From: Lama glama
Taxonomy: Eukaryota
DNA length: 63,608 nucleotides
Direction: 5' to 3'
NCBI GenBank assembly: GCA_028534125.1
Contig: CM052817.1
Coordinates: forward strand, 31,312,001 to 31,375,608
The notes below the pieces were generated by a model. The model made no database searches. It was not told where the DNA came from and saw only the letters and a list, made by a program, of their open reading frames with translations. The stretch's first letter is position 1, and every line of letters starts with the position of its first letter. Positions 1 through 13,185 of the stretch are shown one piece after another. The translations under genes were made by a program, and so were the position numbers.

Positions 1-894
1 TCTTGTTTATAAACAAGCAATACCTCAGTAGAAACATGTATTTTAAAAGTCTGATCTCTAGAAAACAACTAATTTTAAAATATTGACATTTTTATCAAGT
101 TCTAGCTTCATCTTGATGAGGATTGAACAAAATGTGTTCTTAACCAGAATAGTCATTTATTTTCTTTCTTAGAAAATGTAAAGCATGGAAAGCAAAGATT
201 ATTACATATTTGATTCAATTTTTGTCCCTTTTAGACTTAAGAGTGGTGGTTCATTCCTCTCTTAGCTGGTATTTTCTACCCCTGTGGCAAAATGACTACA
301 TAAAATAGAAATGAGAACAACAAAGTTGAGAAAGAGCACATTAAAGTTTAAATCTCTAAAATTAAGCCAGAATATCTCGTTTAAGTCTCTATTAAACACT
401 ACAATCCTTTCACAAATAAATAATATGTAATACCAAACTAGCTGATTTTGAAATTTTAAACTGTTTCAGAGAAGCCAATTTTTAATGAAGAAAAAACAAA
501 CAACATATCTAAAAGTAGTATTATGAGACTAAACTCAGAAAAATAGAAAAAGAAATGAATTTAGAAATCAGAAATCCTAGGCTGCAAATCCTGGCTTCAT
601 TTCCTAAGGGTAAGAGAAGTCTGAACATACCATTTTGCTTTAATTAACTCCAATATTCCCATTGGTAATATGGGAATAAAATCACTGACATATGGTAGAA
701 AATTATTTTTGCAAAGTAACTAGTATATCTAAAATGTTTTTTAAAACTACACTACCCACAATTTAACAAATGTATCAGTATTTATGGTAATGGGGAGGTC
801 TGATGTGGATCCAGGTTTTCTGAAGACTGAATCTTATACAATTTGAGAGCTCTGTTAAGGAAAAGAACAAAATTACAAATAAAAAAATAGTTAC

Positions 895-1040
895 GGGGGA
901 GGGTGTAGCTCAGTGGTAGAGTGTGTGCTTAGCATGCGCGAGGTCCTGGGTTCAATCCCCAGTACCTCCATTAAAAAATAGTAAGAATAAGTAAAGAAAT
1001 AAATAAACCTAATTACCTCCCCCCCCCGAAAAAAAAAAAA
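895..1040 (+). mobile_element. tRNA-Ala-derived SINE (camelid Vic-1-like), inserted in an old hAT/MER fragment (~800-1075)
   Basis: A box TAGCTCAGTGG, B box GGTTCAATCCC, AT-rich middle, C-run plus A tail, TSD aaaa(t)agttac. Confidence 0.9.
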
Positions 1041-1636
1041 GTTACAAAAGTGAATATTAACATGAACACAGAGCTCCTGTAGTTTATCCTTCATTACCTT
1101 GACAGTAAGTCTACCCTCTGGGTTGCCAGTATGAATAAAATTTTTATTGTCTTTATTTAGCAAAGATATACTATTTCCACTCCCCAACTCTTTATGAAAA
1201 TATAATAAAAGTTCAAGATCAAACAATTATCAATAATAAGCCAAACTAATAAAATAAGTGTAAAAAATTTAATAATATTGTGTAATATACACCTGTAGTT
1301 CTGAGATATATCAAAGATAAAACTGGGAAGCTTACGATCAAAATTTTAGATGACAGTCTAGTACAATATAACACTAACAGATACTAAAGGGTAACTAAGA
1401 AGTTGTTTTGTAGGGGAAAATACAGAGCCTGAATGATTTATTACTTATCGAAAGGAACTGGTAGTTACACAAAATGTGGGAGACAGGGGTGGGCATTACC
1501 AGGTCCCATACCTTAACAAACCAAACAACTAATTGAAAGCCAAACATGGATAATGAAACTGCCAATTAAGCAATTTATGAAATACAATTTTCATTTATTT
1601 TACAACTAAATATTCCAACTAAATTAGAAAAAGTTA

Positions 1637-1768
<132 letters not shown>

Positions 1769-3733
1769 CTAAGACAAAGGTAACAGAAATTAACAGTATG
1801 CAATGACTTTTCTTTGATAATTCCATAATAGTTTAAAATAAGCATCACACTTATTTTCAAAAACTACCTAAGGATTAAAGAAAAAGTTTTCCTTCCAATT
1901 TAATAGAAGCAATGTTCTTTATAAAAATTAATTTACACGTAGAACATTTTAAAGAAAAATATGGATTATCTAGGTTCATTCAGCTAGAAATACCTACTGC
2001 TAAATTCTGGACAGCTTCCAATTTTTTTAATGTATATTTCATACTTTAAAAAAATGAAGTCATACTGTACTGACTGATACATACTTTCATAGCCTTTTCT
2101 TTTAACACAGTATAAGCATTTACTATTATCAAATATTTTCATACAAAATGATATTTATAGCTGTACAGTAGATATCCATTTTGATTTATATACATAATTT
2201 AACCAATTTCTGGTTGTTGGACATTTAGGTTATTTCCAGTTATAAATACCACAAGGGAATCTTTAAACACAAATATGTACAAATAACCTCTGTGCCACCC
2301 TATTACATAAAACCTTTAGTCTAGCACTTAATGCTAAATTCTAAAAATTAGGTGAGAAAAAAACTTGAGAATATATATGTAATTTAAGGAATAACAGTAA
2401 ATTAATTTTTAAAACCAGCCAACATTTTGCTATAAATTGATAAAAATCAATTCTCCTTTCGTCATAACATTTTGCAGCTGTTTAATAAAATCAGACATAG
2501 AGTATACTGTGTAAGCTAGCAACAGTATTGAAAAAAAGCCAACTTCTTAGTTTGAATTCCCTCCTAATAAAAAGAACTGGGATGCAGAAGTAAGAGGACA
2601 AAGTAGGAAAGAGGAAATGCCAATAAATTGTATATTGCTGAGCTGATTACCGCTAAGGGCCGAAGTTCAGTCCTGCTAAGGACACTCTGAAGAACCACGT
2701 AAAACATGCCTAGGACCACCCCGTCCCCAACCGCTAACAAAGAGGAGGCTGGGGCACTCACCCCCCCTAGTTCCCTAGGGTGGAATGTTGCCCCCAGGGG
2801 CATTAACTCTGCTGTACTTCTGCACTACAGCTGGACACTGGCTGAGTCAGTTCCCAAGAAGAAAGCACTGAGGTGGAAAAAAAAATCTACACACACAGCA
2901 ACTGTTAAAGGTGGCACTGTATCCACATGCAGAGGCTATTCATCCACTGCAGCTGAAATCGAACAAACCAATCAGATGTGACTCGGCACCAAAAGTACCT
3001 GCACCTGCGATGCTATTCCATCCAATGTACCTTAAATATTGATCACCCTACATGGCCAACCCATTTCATCTGACCTGATTGTCTTTCTCTAGGCAACACT
3101 GCTATAATAGCAGTGGATTAATCTGAGGCCTAAATGGTGAATCTGTCATATTCTGTCATCACTTCCCCTTAATTGCTTCATTAATGCCCTTTTAAATTCA
3201 CATACATATAACTTCACCATTAGGCCATAGCATCTCTAAGTATATGAGTTATCTCTGAACCCATCTCTCCCCGTTAACTCCAGCCACTTTCCACAGTGCC
3301 TTCAACACTCGCTCACTAACAAACCATAAATGTGTCACTGTTAGGTTTTACTTCCTTGAAGGCGGGGAGCATATTTATCTTTTTTTAAATTGGCTGAAAG
3401 TAATGAAATACAGTTTATCTAACATTTTAGTATTTGTGGGAATTTCTGAAGTACAGATGCTAAAAACGCTTTACCAAACTGACACATGCATTAAAACTGA
3501 AGCTATCTGCTTCAGTTATATTAACAGTGCTAAAAATACTGATTGCACATTTAGAGGTATTTTTCATTTAATTATAGATTTCCAAAATGAATTATGAATT
3601 CATAAACAAAATTCTCAAATGAAGTATTTTTAAACAAAAATAAGCAAAAAGAATAATAAATAGATACATATTGTATATGCAAAATAAGATATTTGGGGGA
3701 GATGCATTAATACAGAGAAGGAGAAAAACTTAC

Positions 3734-3843
3734 TGCTTGGTTTCTCTTCACTGAAGCAATACAAATTAAGCATGTCATAGCCCCTGCTTGAAAAGCTTCA
3801 TTTACATACTGTTTTGTTCGCTCTAATTCACGTACATCTCCAT
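3734..3843 (-). CDS. NFXL1: NFXL1 coding exon (110 nt), (D)[36 protein letters not shown]
   Basis: Acceptor tttcaag at 3846-3844, donor GTAAGT at 3733; frame continuous with both neighbouring exons. Confidence 0.95.
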
Positions 3844-6769
3844 CTTGAAATTTAAAAATTGAAAACTTCATGTTAAGAAACATCTAAAAATAACACAAAC
3901 TCACTAGTAGCACTACATTATATGAGACATGTCTAGCAATATCAATTGCTCAAAATATAGATGAAAAATGAGAAGTTTAAGGAAAAAGCAACCAGTGAAC
4001 TGCTAACCGGTCACAAAAACCGGTCCATGTACTACATCTCATGTACTTGACTCAGAAACAGTTACTTCCACCCTCTCTCAGAGTACACTTGCTTTTATCA
4101 CTGCTACAGTCCTTAACAAATTCGGTGGGGGCAGAGCCATAGGCAATGGCAGCAAGACATCAAGTCACAAGGGAAAGCCAACCAAAGAGCAAAGTGAAAG
4201 GAACGGAAAAGTCAAAGCTCAGCAGAGCCATTTAGCCTGAATACAAGCATATGCGTAAGAGTGTGTGTCTGTGTATGTGTGTCTGTTTGACACACAGCAT
4301 ATTCTTAGTAAAATTCTGCTGAATGAAAAGATTCTGAGGTCAACACAGCATAATAACCTTGTTTCATTAAATTATGTTATTTCTGCTTAACAAAGAAGCA
4401 TGAGCTTCTCAGAAAAAGATTACTAGACTGTATTTTCTTTAGGTAATTATTGAGCATTTACCTGCTAGGCAGTGTACTATTAGTATTTCAAAGAGATTAA
4501 ATAAGCTACCTTAATTTTCATTTTTCGGGTGAGAAAACTGAGGCTCAGAACACTGAAGTAACTCCGTATGCCTCCAAAGTGAACCGTCCTAACCACTATG
4601 CCATGAAGCAGCCAAGGGTTACAACAGGAGGGTGCAAGAAATAACAGCACAACGAAAGGCAGGAAAACTGCCCAAGAGCACACGTGACACCAAAAAGACA
4701 GTAATCTGAGCCACTTTAGTGTAAGAGAAATAAACCTACAGGCCTTCAGGACAATAAAGATTATTCGCTAGAGGTTGACTGAGTCTCCGAGGAAAATAGA
4801 CAAATGGCATAAACTATCACTAAGTACAGGCAATAAAATGGTTCAAATCAAAATTTAAGCTACCAAAAGAAAATTAATAGACCTTGATAATTCTTTACTT
4901 TCTATGACTAAGTAAACAAAACACTTATAAAAACATGCTCTACCATAATATAAATACAAGTATAATTAAGGATATTAAATAAAATATATATAAAACCACT
5001 TCCAAAGATATAAAATATTATTAAATTATTAAAGACAACTGCTTTATTTTAAACAAACATCAAAGTTTGAAGATTATCCTTAAAGGTAGACTTAGTAGTC
5101 ATACTCTGTGTGCTTATTTTGCTTTTCGGCACAGCTGGCTCTAACAAACACAAAACATTTTTAAATTGCTTCTAATCTAACAGCTAAATGTAAAACAGAA
5201 TATGAGAGAAAAAAACAGAATATGAGAACAGGATGAATCGGCTTTAATAAAATAAAGTCTAATCTTATGTTTACAATATTTATGCAAGATTTCTTTGAAA
5301 ATTGTATTAAGATTTGGCTGCAGCAATAAAGTATACTGCCCAAGACATCATGGGGGATAGCACGGCATTTGAAGTCACGCATTTTAAAAAGATCACTCTG
5401 GCAACTGAAGAAAAATGAGTGTGAGGCCAAGACTAAAAACATTAAGAACCAGTTAAGAGGCAGTTATAGCAGATAAAGCAAAAAACAATCTTGAGCAAGT
5501 TAATATATCTGTCTCAGTTTTCTCATCTTTAAAACAGTAATAATAGTAATAGTACTATCTACCTCACATGTTTCTTCTGTGGATTTAATCCACATATGAA
5601 ACAGCTGTAGGGGCCTGAATTAAGATAATGACAGTATGTGGGGAGAGGGTGGGATGGATTTAAGAAATTTAGGAAGTAAAACTCAGCAGGACTTGGTGAC
5701 AATTAGACTGTGTTGCTTCTAAAAGTCAATGTTTGCACCAGGATTCCGAAGGAAGGAGTGCTGTGTTTGAGGAGACATCTGACGTGGACAGAGGGGAGAA
5801 GTGGTCATGAGTAAAACACTCTCATGTCATCCCTGCTCCCAGAGCTCTGGCTGGGTGGGTGACTGGGGAAACTGTAGCACTACTAATAGAGATAAAGAAA
5901 ACAAAAGAAGAAATGTTATCTTTCAACATATGTTTGTGTGTCCATGGGCCAGACGGACAGAGCTACCCATCAGGAAACTGATCATTCAAGTTTGAATTTG
6001 AGAGAAAGATCACAAAAGTATGAAGGCTGTGCTCAGACAGAAAGAATGAAGCTCTCTGGTAAAGTTCTGGTTTTCAATTCACTAACGTGAGATGGGAACC
6101 ATCTCATTACCCTGGTGTTTTTTGCTCTTAAGTCAAGTGATCAAATTTCCTTACTTCGGTAGAGGCATAGAGACAAAGTACAGAACACAAAGGAACAAAA
6201 ATCAAAATATTTATGGATTTGATGCAATACAGTATGAGAAAAATTGCCTTCACTCTTTAAGATGAAAGCCAGATGAAAAATTAATAAAACTTACAAGTGA
6301 GAAAAGTTTTCTAAACACTAGTATCACTGAATTTTCTATTTAAAAATAAAATCTGTCTCTCTAGAATGGCTTACGTGAGGTCTTCCTGAGGCAGGAAACT
6401 TACAGTTACTTTCTATGAAGTCTTCTAAAAACAAGAAATCTCCTAACCTCGAGGTTCGTCTTTATCAACTTTTCCCTGGCTGAGCCAGACTTCTTAGTCA
6501 AGCCTCCTAATCTTAATTCCTTGGCAGATACGGCAAATTCCTTGGAAACCTTTTGATGAGGTGTACCTCTGCTCACAATGCCATCAATATACTCAGGCAA
6601 CAAACAATAATACATGCAAAAATGTTCCTAATAATGACTTTAAGTATAAAATGTGAAAAGTGTAAGAGCCCTTACATTTAAAACAATCTATTTTTACACT
6701 CAGTACCAAATCCTTCACAACAACATCACTTTGACCCTCTCTCTCATAAACAAATGTGGCTTTAAGAGT

Positions 6770-7085
6770 AACCCAAATGTGTTATTTACAAAACAGAAAC
6801 AGACTCACAGAGATAGAATACAAACTTTTGGTTACCAGGAAGGAAAGGGAGTAGGAAGGGATAAATTAGGAGTTCAAGATTTGCAGGTATTGACTACTAT
6901 ATATAAAAAAGGTAAACAACAAGTTTATACTGTATAGCACAGGGAACTATATTGAACATCTTGTAGTAACCTATAATGAAAACGAATATATATATGAATA
7001 TGTATGACTGAAACATGCTATTTATCAGAAACTGACACAACATTGTAAACTGACTATAAAAATAAATAAATTTCTTTTTAAAAAA
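6770..7085 (+). mobile_element. L1 3'UTR fragment
   Basis: Homologous to the L1 3' end at 19760-20076 (cagactcacaga..., gggataaattaggagttcaagatttgcag). Confidence 0.85.
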
Positions 7086-7484
7086 ACAGACACATTTAAC
7101 ATGATGAAAAAGAGAAAAATGAAGAGCAGATACAAAGGAATATTCAAAGTCCTCAAGTGCAATTAAATCTTAACAAGGAACAACCTGACCCTACTCATCT
7201 CACAAAGAGCTTTGGCACCTATCTCCCAGCAGTCTAATGAAATGCCAATTAAACACAAAGGAGGACTTCTAAGGCTGTAAGAGACATTGTCATCCTATTT
7301 GCTTTATAGAGGGATTAGCATTATACAACATATAACTCAAATAGTAAAACGTACAATAATTCAATTCTCCAAACAGAAATGCTCATTCTTAAGATGCAAA
7401 AACTATTCCACATAGGGTAAAGGTGTTAGAAAAAGTCAGGAATATATTTTCATTGATGTAAAAAAAGTCAAAATTCAAAAGTAC

Positions 7485-7658
7485 CTGTCTGAGTAGTGTA
7501 AGTTATAAATGTATTAGCAACTATTTTTCCTCTTTTTCCTTCCAAATCTTCATCTCCTTCTTCTTCAGATGAAGAGCTAAAGTGTTCTTCAACAAGCTTT
7601 TTGGCTGCAGCTTGATTAGCCTTCTTAATTTCCTCAAATTTCTTTTGAGACATTAGCT
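7485..7658 (-). CDS. NFXL1: NFXL1 coding exon (174 nt), (E)[57 protein letters not shown]
   Basis: Overlaps ORF 7468..7653; acceptor tttaaacag, donor GTAC at 7484. Confidence 0.95.
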
Positions 7659-10070
7659 CTGTTTAAAAGAAAAAAAAGTGAGTTTCACTTCTGCAGAACA
7701 ATCTCTCAAAAAGCAAGGCATGAGGTACCAAAAAGTCATTTTAAAATAAAGTCACCTTTGGTGCATTCTGTTTTACTATCATCCATGAGAAAAGTTATTT
7801 TCAAATTTCTTGTCACACAAGTAAAAAGAATTCCACAATAAAAATTTTCACTTTTGTTAAATATTCTGCTAAAAGCAACAAATTGTTCTAGAAACAGAGT
7901 GACTAACAAATCAATTTTTTAAATGATCAAGGTATGATAAAGTATCCAAAAACTGGTGATCAACCTCAAAACAAAGACATTAACAAAAATTTAAATGAAA
8001 TGTTTAAAAAAATGAACAGTACACAGTGATTTTTAAGAGGTGGGAAATAGACCCATTGTTTACACATCAGAATCAGCAGCGGCAGGTGCTTTTCCACACC
8101 ATCCTCTTCCACATTACAGCCCAGCCTGGCCTGGCTCACGAAAGACTGTGCACAAACAGTATTCAGTGTATACCCACTGTGTTTACAATCTGCTTCCTAG
8201 AAAGCTCAAGGACTTTTTGTCTTTATTAAAATGTGGTCACAAAACATATTTATTTAACAGAAATCCCACACAAAATGTTGCTAACACAGAAAATGTGCTT
8301 CATATAAGTTCGTTTCAAAAAGAAAAGTGAAGTAAGTTTTGGATTAGTTGTTCTGCTATTCTCTTTAGAACTGTCCGCACTTCTTATTTTGTGACTTGGT
8401 TAAATAATAATGGAAAAAGAATGAATTACTTCATAGCACATTCCCACTGAGACTTCAAACTCAAAAGTAAGGACCGTGAGAATTTTCTTCAAGCACTAAG
8501 TGTTAATAAACTCTCTGGACAGCAACCATAGTTCAAGAAAGGAGCCACAAACACAACGCATTGTTCTTACTTCATCAGGTGCCCACATTGGTGCCACTTT
8601 ATGCTCAAAACTGATCAGCCACTACCAATATAAACTTTCTTATTTCAGGTGGTGGATTTGTACTTAATGATATTTTATTTCCTTCATGAAATGTTTTCCT
8701 TTTCTTGCTGCAGCCAATTTGGCTGGGGACTATTCAGTATTTCAAGTAAAACTGGAGGAAATTGTACAGGGATCTTTGAGTACTAGGAGAAAAGTAACTG
8801 CTATAAGATACATGACTCAAAACTTCACGTACAATAAGACGAGAAATGTCATTATGAGAAATGAGCACTCACGAATACATTTTTTTAAAAGGCTGAATTA
8901 GACAGATATAATAAAAGTATTCATAATCTGATCAATGGATCCACATAAGATTATCTCAAGCAAAGATGACAAAGCAACCTTCCCGCGTATTATTTCTCAC
9001 AGTCAAATCTCAATTATCCAGTTGGAGGATGCTTGCTTTTCTACTATCCATAAAAACCAAAAAAGTTTCCCAGAACTGTTCACAGGCCTCCATCTTGCAC
9101 ACCTCACCACCACCACTATCATAAACTCAGAGTATCACCTAACTTTAAAATTAGCTTAGGAGAGAAACATTCAGAAACTCAATTTGCTCCTCTCCCAAAA
9201 AAATATATTTTGAAAAATACATTTCAAACACAACAGTAAAATGATTTCAGGGTTTATTCTTTTAGCCCCCTTCACTCTTCCATTAGTGTGGAAGTTAGCA
9301 GAGGCAGCTGAGAGCTGTGCGTGCACCCTCAGGCTCCACTAAAATACTGTCTTGGATGAAGGATATTGACAGGCTGGAGGAGGCCGCGCCAGACACATCC
9401 AGGAAAAGGACGTGAAATTTGTGAATAGGGACCCCAGTCGAAAAAGCACCACAAGCCCAAGGGCTCACAGGACACAGACAATTAAAGCTACTAAACTGAG
9501 GCAATCAAGCGAAGATGGAAGATGACAACTGGCCCCCGAAGTGGGAGCCACAAGGTGAAGCGGAAAGCCTAAACCCAATCTAAATGGGGTTTCTGCGACT
9601 CAGCCCAGCCGACTGCTGCCATGCACAAACTTAGTAAAGCCACAATCTTATTTTACAAGAAAAAATGTTAACCAGATTCTTACGTGATTTTAAAAAGTAA
9701 AGAAAAACAAAAAAAACTGTTCAGATTGACTGCATCGTGTCAACCAAACCAAAATATGGGATAAATCAGACCCACTTCCACCCCACCACCACCCGGCCAC
9801 AATCCGCAAAACTTTTGGTCTAGGGATTCGGTAGGCAAAAAGAAAGGATAGACTCCTGGACGGAGAAATAACAAAGATTAATATCAATTAAAATTATGAT
9901 GAAAGAAGTGTGATGGGAATTGGTCTAGAATGAGGAGGTGCCTGAGAGGTTTGAGAAGTGAGGCCAATGATAAACTCCCGAAGGAGAAGCGGGCAAGGGC
10001 GGAGGCAGTTCTGACTAGGAAGTGCCTAAATCTGCATCCAGGTGAGCCCGAGGACGTGGGCCATTCTCAC

Positions 10071-10314
10071 CACTGGCCACGGAAGTCTGCGGCGCTTCCG
10101 ATCCCGCGGGGCTGCGCCGGGCTGAGCTACCTGCAGCCGCGGCGGTGGCGGTTCCTCCGAGGCTGGCGCCAGGACCAGCAGCGCCCACCGACCGCTTCTC
10201 TCGCCCTCCTCCGGCGCCGCGGAGATAGATTCCATTTCCTGAGGAGGGGGCCGCAGTGGCCCGTCCTCGGGCTCGGCCTCGGCCACCGACCACCTGGCGC
10301 CAGGAAGCTTCCAT
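10071..10314 (-). CDS. NFXL1: NFXL1 first coding exon (exon starts 10316, ATG 10314), [28 protein letters not shown]...APQTSVAS
   Basis: Embedded in ORF 10015..10605; acceptor CAG at 10319-10317 after a (CT)n/T-rich tract; donor GTGAGA at 10070; 244 nt, phase 1, joins G|AG to the next exon. Confidence 0.93.
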
Positions 10315-10681
10315 CCCTGCAGACGGAAAAAAAAAAAGAGAGAGAGAGAGAGAGTGGAAGGAGCGTGAGCCCAGTGGTGTCGAGGCGGCGGGGAAAGGGC
10401 AGCGGGGGGGAAAGGGCAGCGGGGGAAGCCGGTGTGAGGAGCGGAACGAGGAGGGTCTCCGCCGCGCGAGGACCGGATCTGAAAAGGTCGCGGCCCTCTC
10501 TCTCCCAGAGGGTGAGTCCCCGATAAGCCCAGGGCATTGGAGATAGACTGCAGAGGGAAAGGACCAGGCAGAGAAATGGACTGCAGGGCAAAGAGCATCC
10601 AGCACCGGAGAAGAGTGGAGGAGGAGGAAAGCGCTTCCTCGGCCTCAGAGGGAGCCGGTGACAGGACAACAGCAGACTCAC

Positions 10682-10850
10682 CCCGCGGCTCCCGCCGGGA
10701 ACCAACTGCAGGAGCAAACCCCAAGAAAAGCTACGTCTCCTTACCGCCGGCGCCAGCCCCCGGCGACTACAACTCCCAGAAGCCGCCGCTCACTGCTCGC
10801 AGAACGCGTGGCATCACCGGCCCCTTCCTTATCCGGGACTGTCTGTGCGC
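10682..10850 (-). other. NFXL1: NFXL1 non-coding exon 1 (TSS approximate), two candidate donors
   Basis: Donor G|GTGAGT at 10681 and G|GTAAGG at 10744 inside the CpG island, upstream of the ATG exon. Confidence 0.6.
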
Positions 10851-13185
10851 GGGGCGGAGTGGGGGCTGGGCAAAAAAGCCTCCAGGCGCATGCGCTGATT
10901 GAGCCATGCTTTTTTGAAACTACAATTCCCGGCGTGCACTGGGGCTCCGGCGGGGTTGGCGCACAGAGAGGGCGCGGGGTGGGGAGGTGGGCGGGCCCTG
11001 AGGTGTTCCGGATCCCAGAGGATGCCGTTGCTTCCCGCGACTGCCCTAAATTCAGCTGGGTATCGGGGGTCAGTCCTGGAGGCCATAATTGGCTGTCCAC
11101 CATCTTTAGCCTTGCCTTCGGGCCTTCAGGTAGTAGGAAATTTTTCTCAATGATCGGAAAAAGCATTTACAAGGAAAACACTTCGGGATCAGGGTAGAGA
11201 GAGGGAAAGCTGAGGGAGTGTTGCGGGAAAGTAGCTGGAGTAGAAAAAGCGCCCTTCTCACTACTAAAACAATGTAGAGAGTAAATCTAACGGCATTAGT
11301 GTCACAGTCCTTTATAGTTTACAATATTGTTTTCCTGAAGCAGGCCGATTTTTACCTTCACGGCAGCTCTCTCAAGTAACCTTAATAATGAAAGTAGCTG
11401 AGAGCCAGGTCAGGTCCTAATTCTTATGACTTAGCTTTTTTCCAGTAAGAGAAAGAGAAAGGGAGAGAAAGAAGAGGGAGAAATTTCAAAAATTTGGAAG
11501 TCTAGGATTGAGAAATATATTGATTGCTGTTTGGGACTACATAATCTTCAACTTAATTAACTAATTCCTCTACATTATTAATAAATAGCTAGTATTTAGA
11601 TAGCATTTTATTAAATGCCAGGCACTGTTCAACGGGTTTTACATATGTATGTATTTTAACAACGTGGTATTCACAATAATCCTGTTATCCCCATTTTACA
11701 GCTGAGAACACTGAGGCACAGAGTGGTTAAGTAGCTTGTCCTTGATATAGCTAGATATGTTATCATCAATTTCATTTAAACAAAGACTACAGAAAATTTC
11801 TTACTCAGCATTGTAGCAGACCCAGAATCGCAACTTAGTTGTGTGACTCTTGGTGACTCTTGGCCTATATGTTTACCTAGAAAATTTAAATAATTAGGTT
11901 GATTTTTCTAGCCAGGTTAAGTGCAAAAAAACTTAAGAAGATTGATTCTTTTTTTGCTTTACTTATTAATATTCAGAATTGAGTGATAAAAATAGTATTG
12001 TATAATGTCAATTTCATGAAAATAATTTTTAAAGTGGGCTGTCAATTACTTTTTCTAGGAAAATATTCATAACAGAGACAAAAGTCAACTAAATATTTAT
12101 TCATGTTTAATGTAAACTGTTTTCAAATATTCAGCTAAATAACCTATCCATCAATCAATAACTGAGTCTGTCAGATACCCAGTAATGTCCAGCACTTTGT
12201 GTTTGTACTCAGAGATGGGAAGGGTTCGCTATAAGTAAAATATCAGGATAGGGATGAAAAAACTCATGAAGATGCTGAGAACTGAGAAAAGTATTAAGGG
12301 CAGGGTAAGACGTGAATGTTATGGAAAGAGGCACTTTGTTTCATAGGGAGAGCATGAGGCGAAGTTTACAAGAGAAAAGAAACATGGCACGTGTTTGAAC
12401 AAGAAAGGAGAAAATTCTGTTGAATCTCAAAGCAAAGATGACAAGTAGGGTTCGAGAGCACCTTGAAAACAACAGTAGAAAATTTTGGTATCAGTGTTGA
12501 TACAAAGTAGCTACTATGAAGTTCAAGATAAGGGAGGTGACATAAAAGGAAGGTTTCTCAGGGAAACTAATGTAGAAATAATAGGAAAATTTTAGCAGGG
12601 CAGGGCCTTGTGGGAGGATGGCTATGTAGAATTAAAATTGTAGTCGGCATGAATCTCAGTTTATAAACTCAGATGTGCAAGTAGTCACATTTCAGCTATA
12701 ATAACCTTTCAATTACCTGAATTTGAACTGAGTTTTATCTTCCCACGATTGGTTAGAAAATGCATTTATTAATTCATGCAACAGACATATCTATAGCCTC
12801 TATTACGCCCACAGGCATTTTTCTAGATCACAGGGGAAGCTCTATGGAAATGGACTATTGGGGAAAGGGGAGCAGGAGTGGCATTACAAACCAGTTGACC
12901 AGCTGTTCGGTAGTCCAGGTGAAAGATGGTGGTTTGGATGAGCAGTGGATATAGTAATTTACAGTCAGCTGCAGGATGTATCTTGAAGGTTGAGCTGATA
13001 ACATTCACTGACAAATTAGATAACAGGTATGAGATTAAGAGTCGAGAAAAGATGACTCAAAGTTTTTCCCCTGAGGAACTGGGTCAGTGGCAGTGCCATA
13101 ATCTGAGATAGGGTATATTAGGGAAGGAACAGATTTGCAAAGAAAATCATGAGTTCGGGTTAGGACACATCTCGCCATCACTAAA

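Larger units (their letters stand above)
9950..11150. promoter_or_regulatory. CpG island / NFXL1 promoter: ZNF143/THAP11-type ACTACAnnTCCC motifs (10766-10780, 10919-10938), NRF1 palindrome GCGCATGCGC (10886-10895), Sp1 GC box (~10851)
   Basis: Abrupt GC- and CpG-rich segment in AT-rich DNA; motifs read directly from the sequence. Confidence 0.9.

Noticed and set aside
899..970. Apparent tRNA-Ala(AGC) gene, and seven similar loci
   Set aside because: Mismatched stems, shared SINE tail, TSDs and multiple dispersed copies indicate a SINE
2560..2981. ORFs 2564..2803 and 2706..2981 in an NFXL1 intron
   Set aside because: The sequence resembles an old ERVL-type LTR, and the NFXL1 frame is complete without them
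9930..11197. Ten overlapping 84-232 aa ORFs on both strands
   Set aside because: Stop-poor CpG island; only 10071-10314 matches a known protein (NFXL1) and has splice signals
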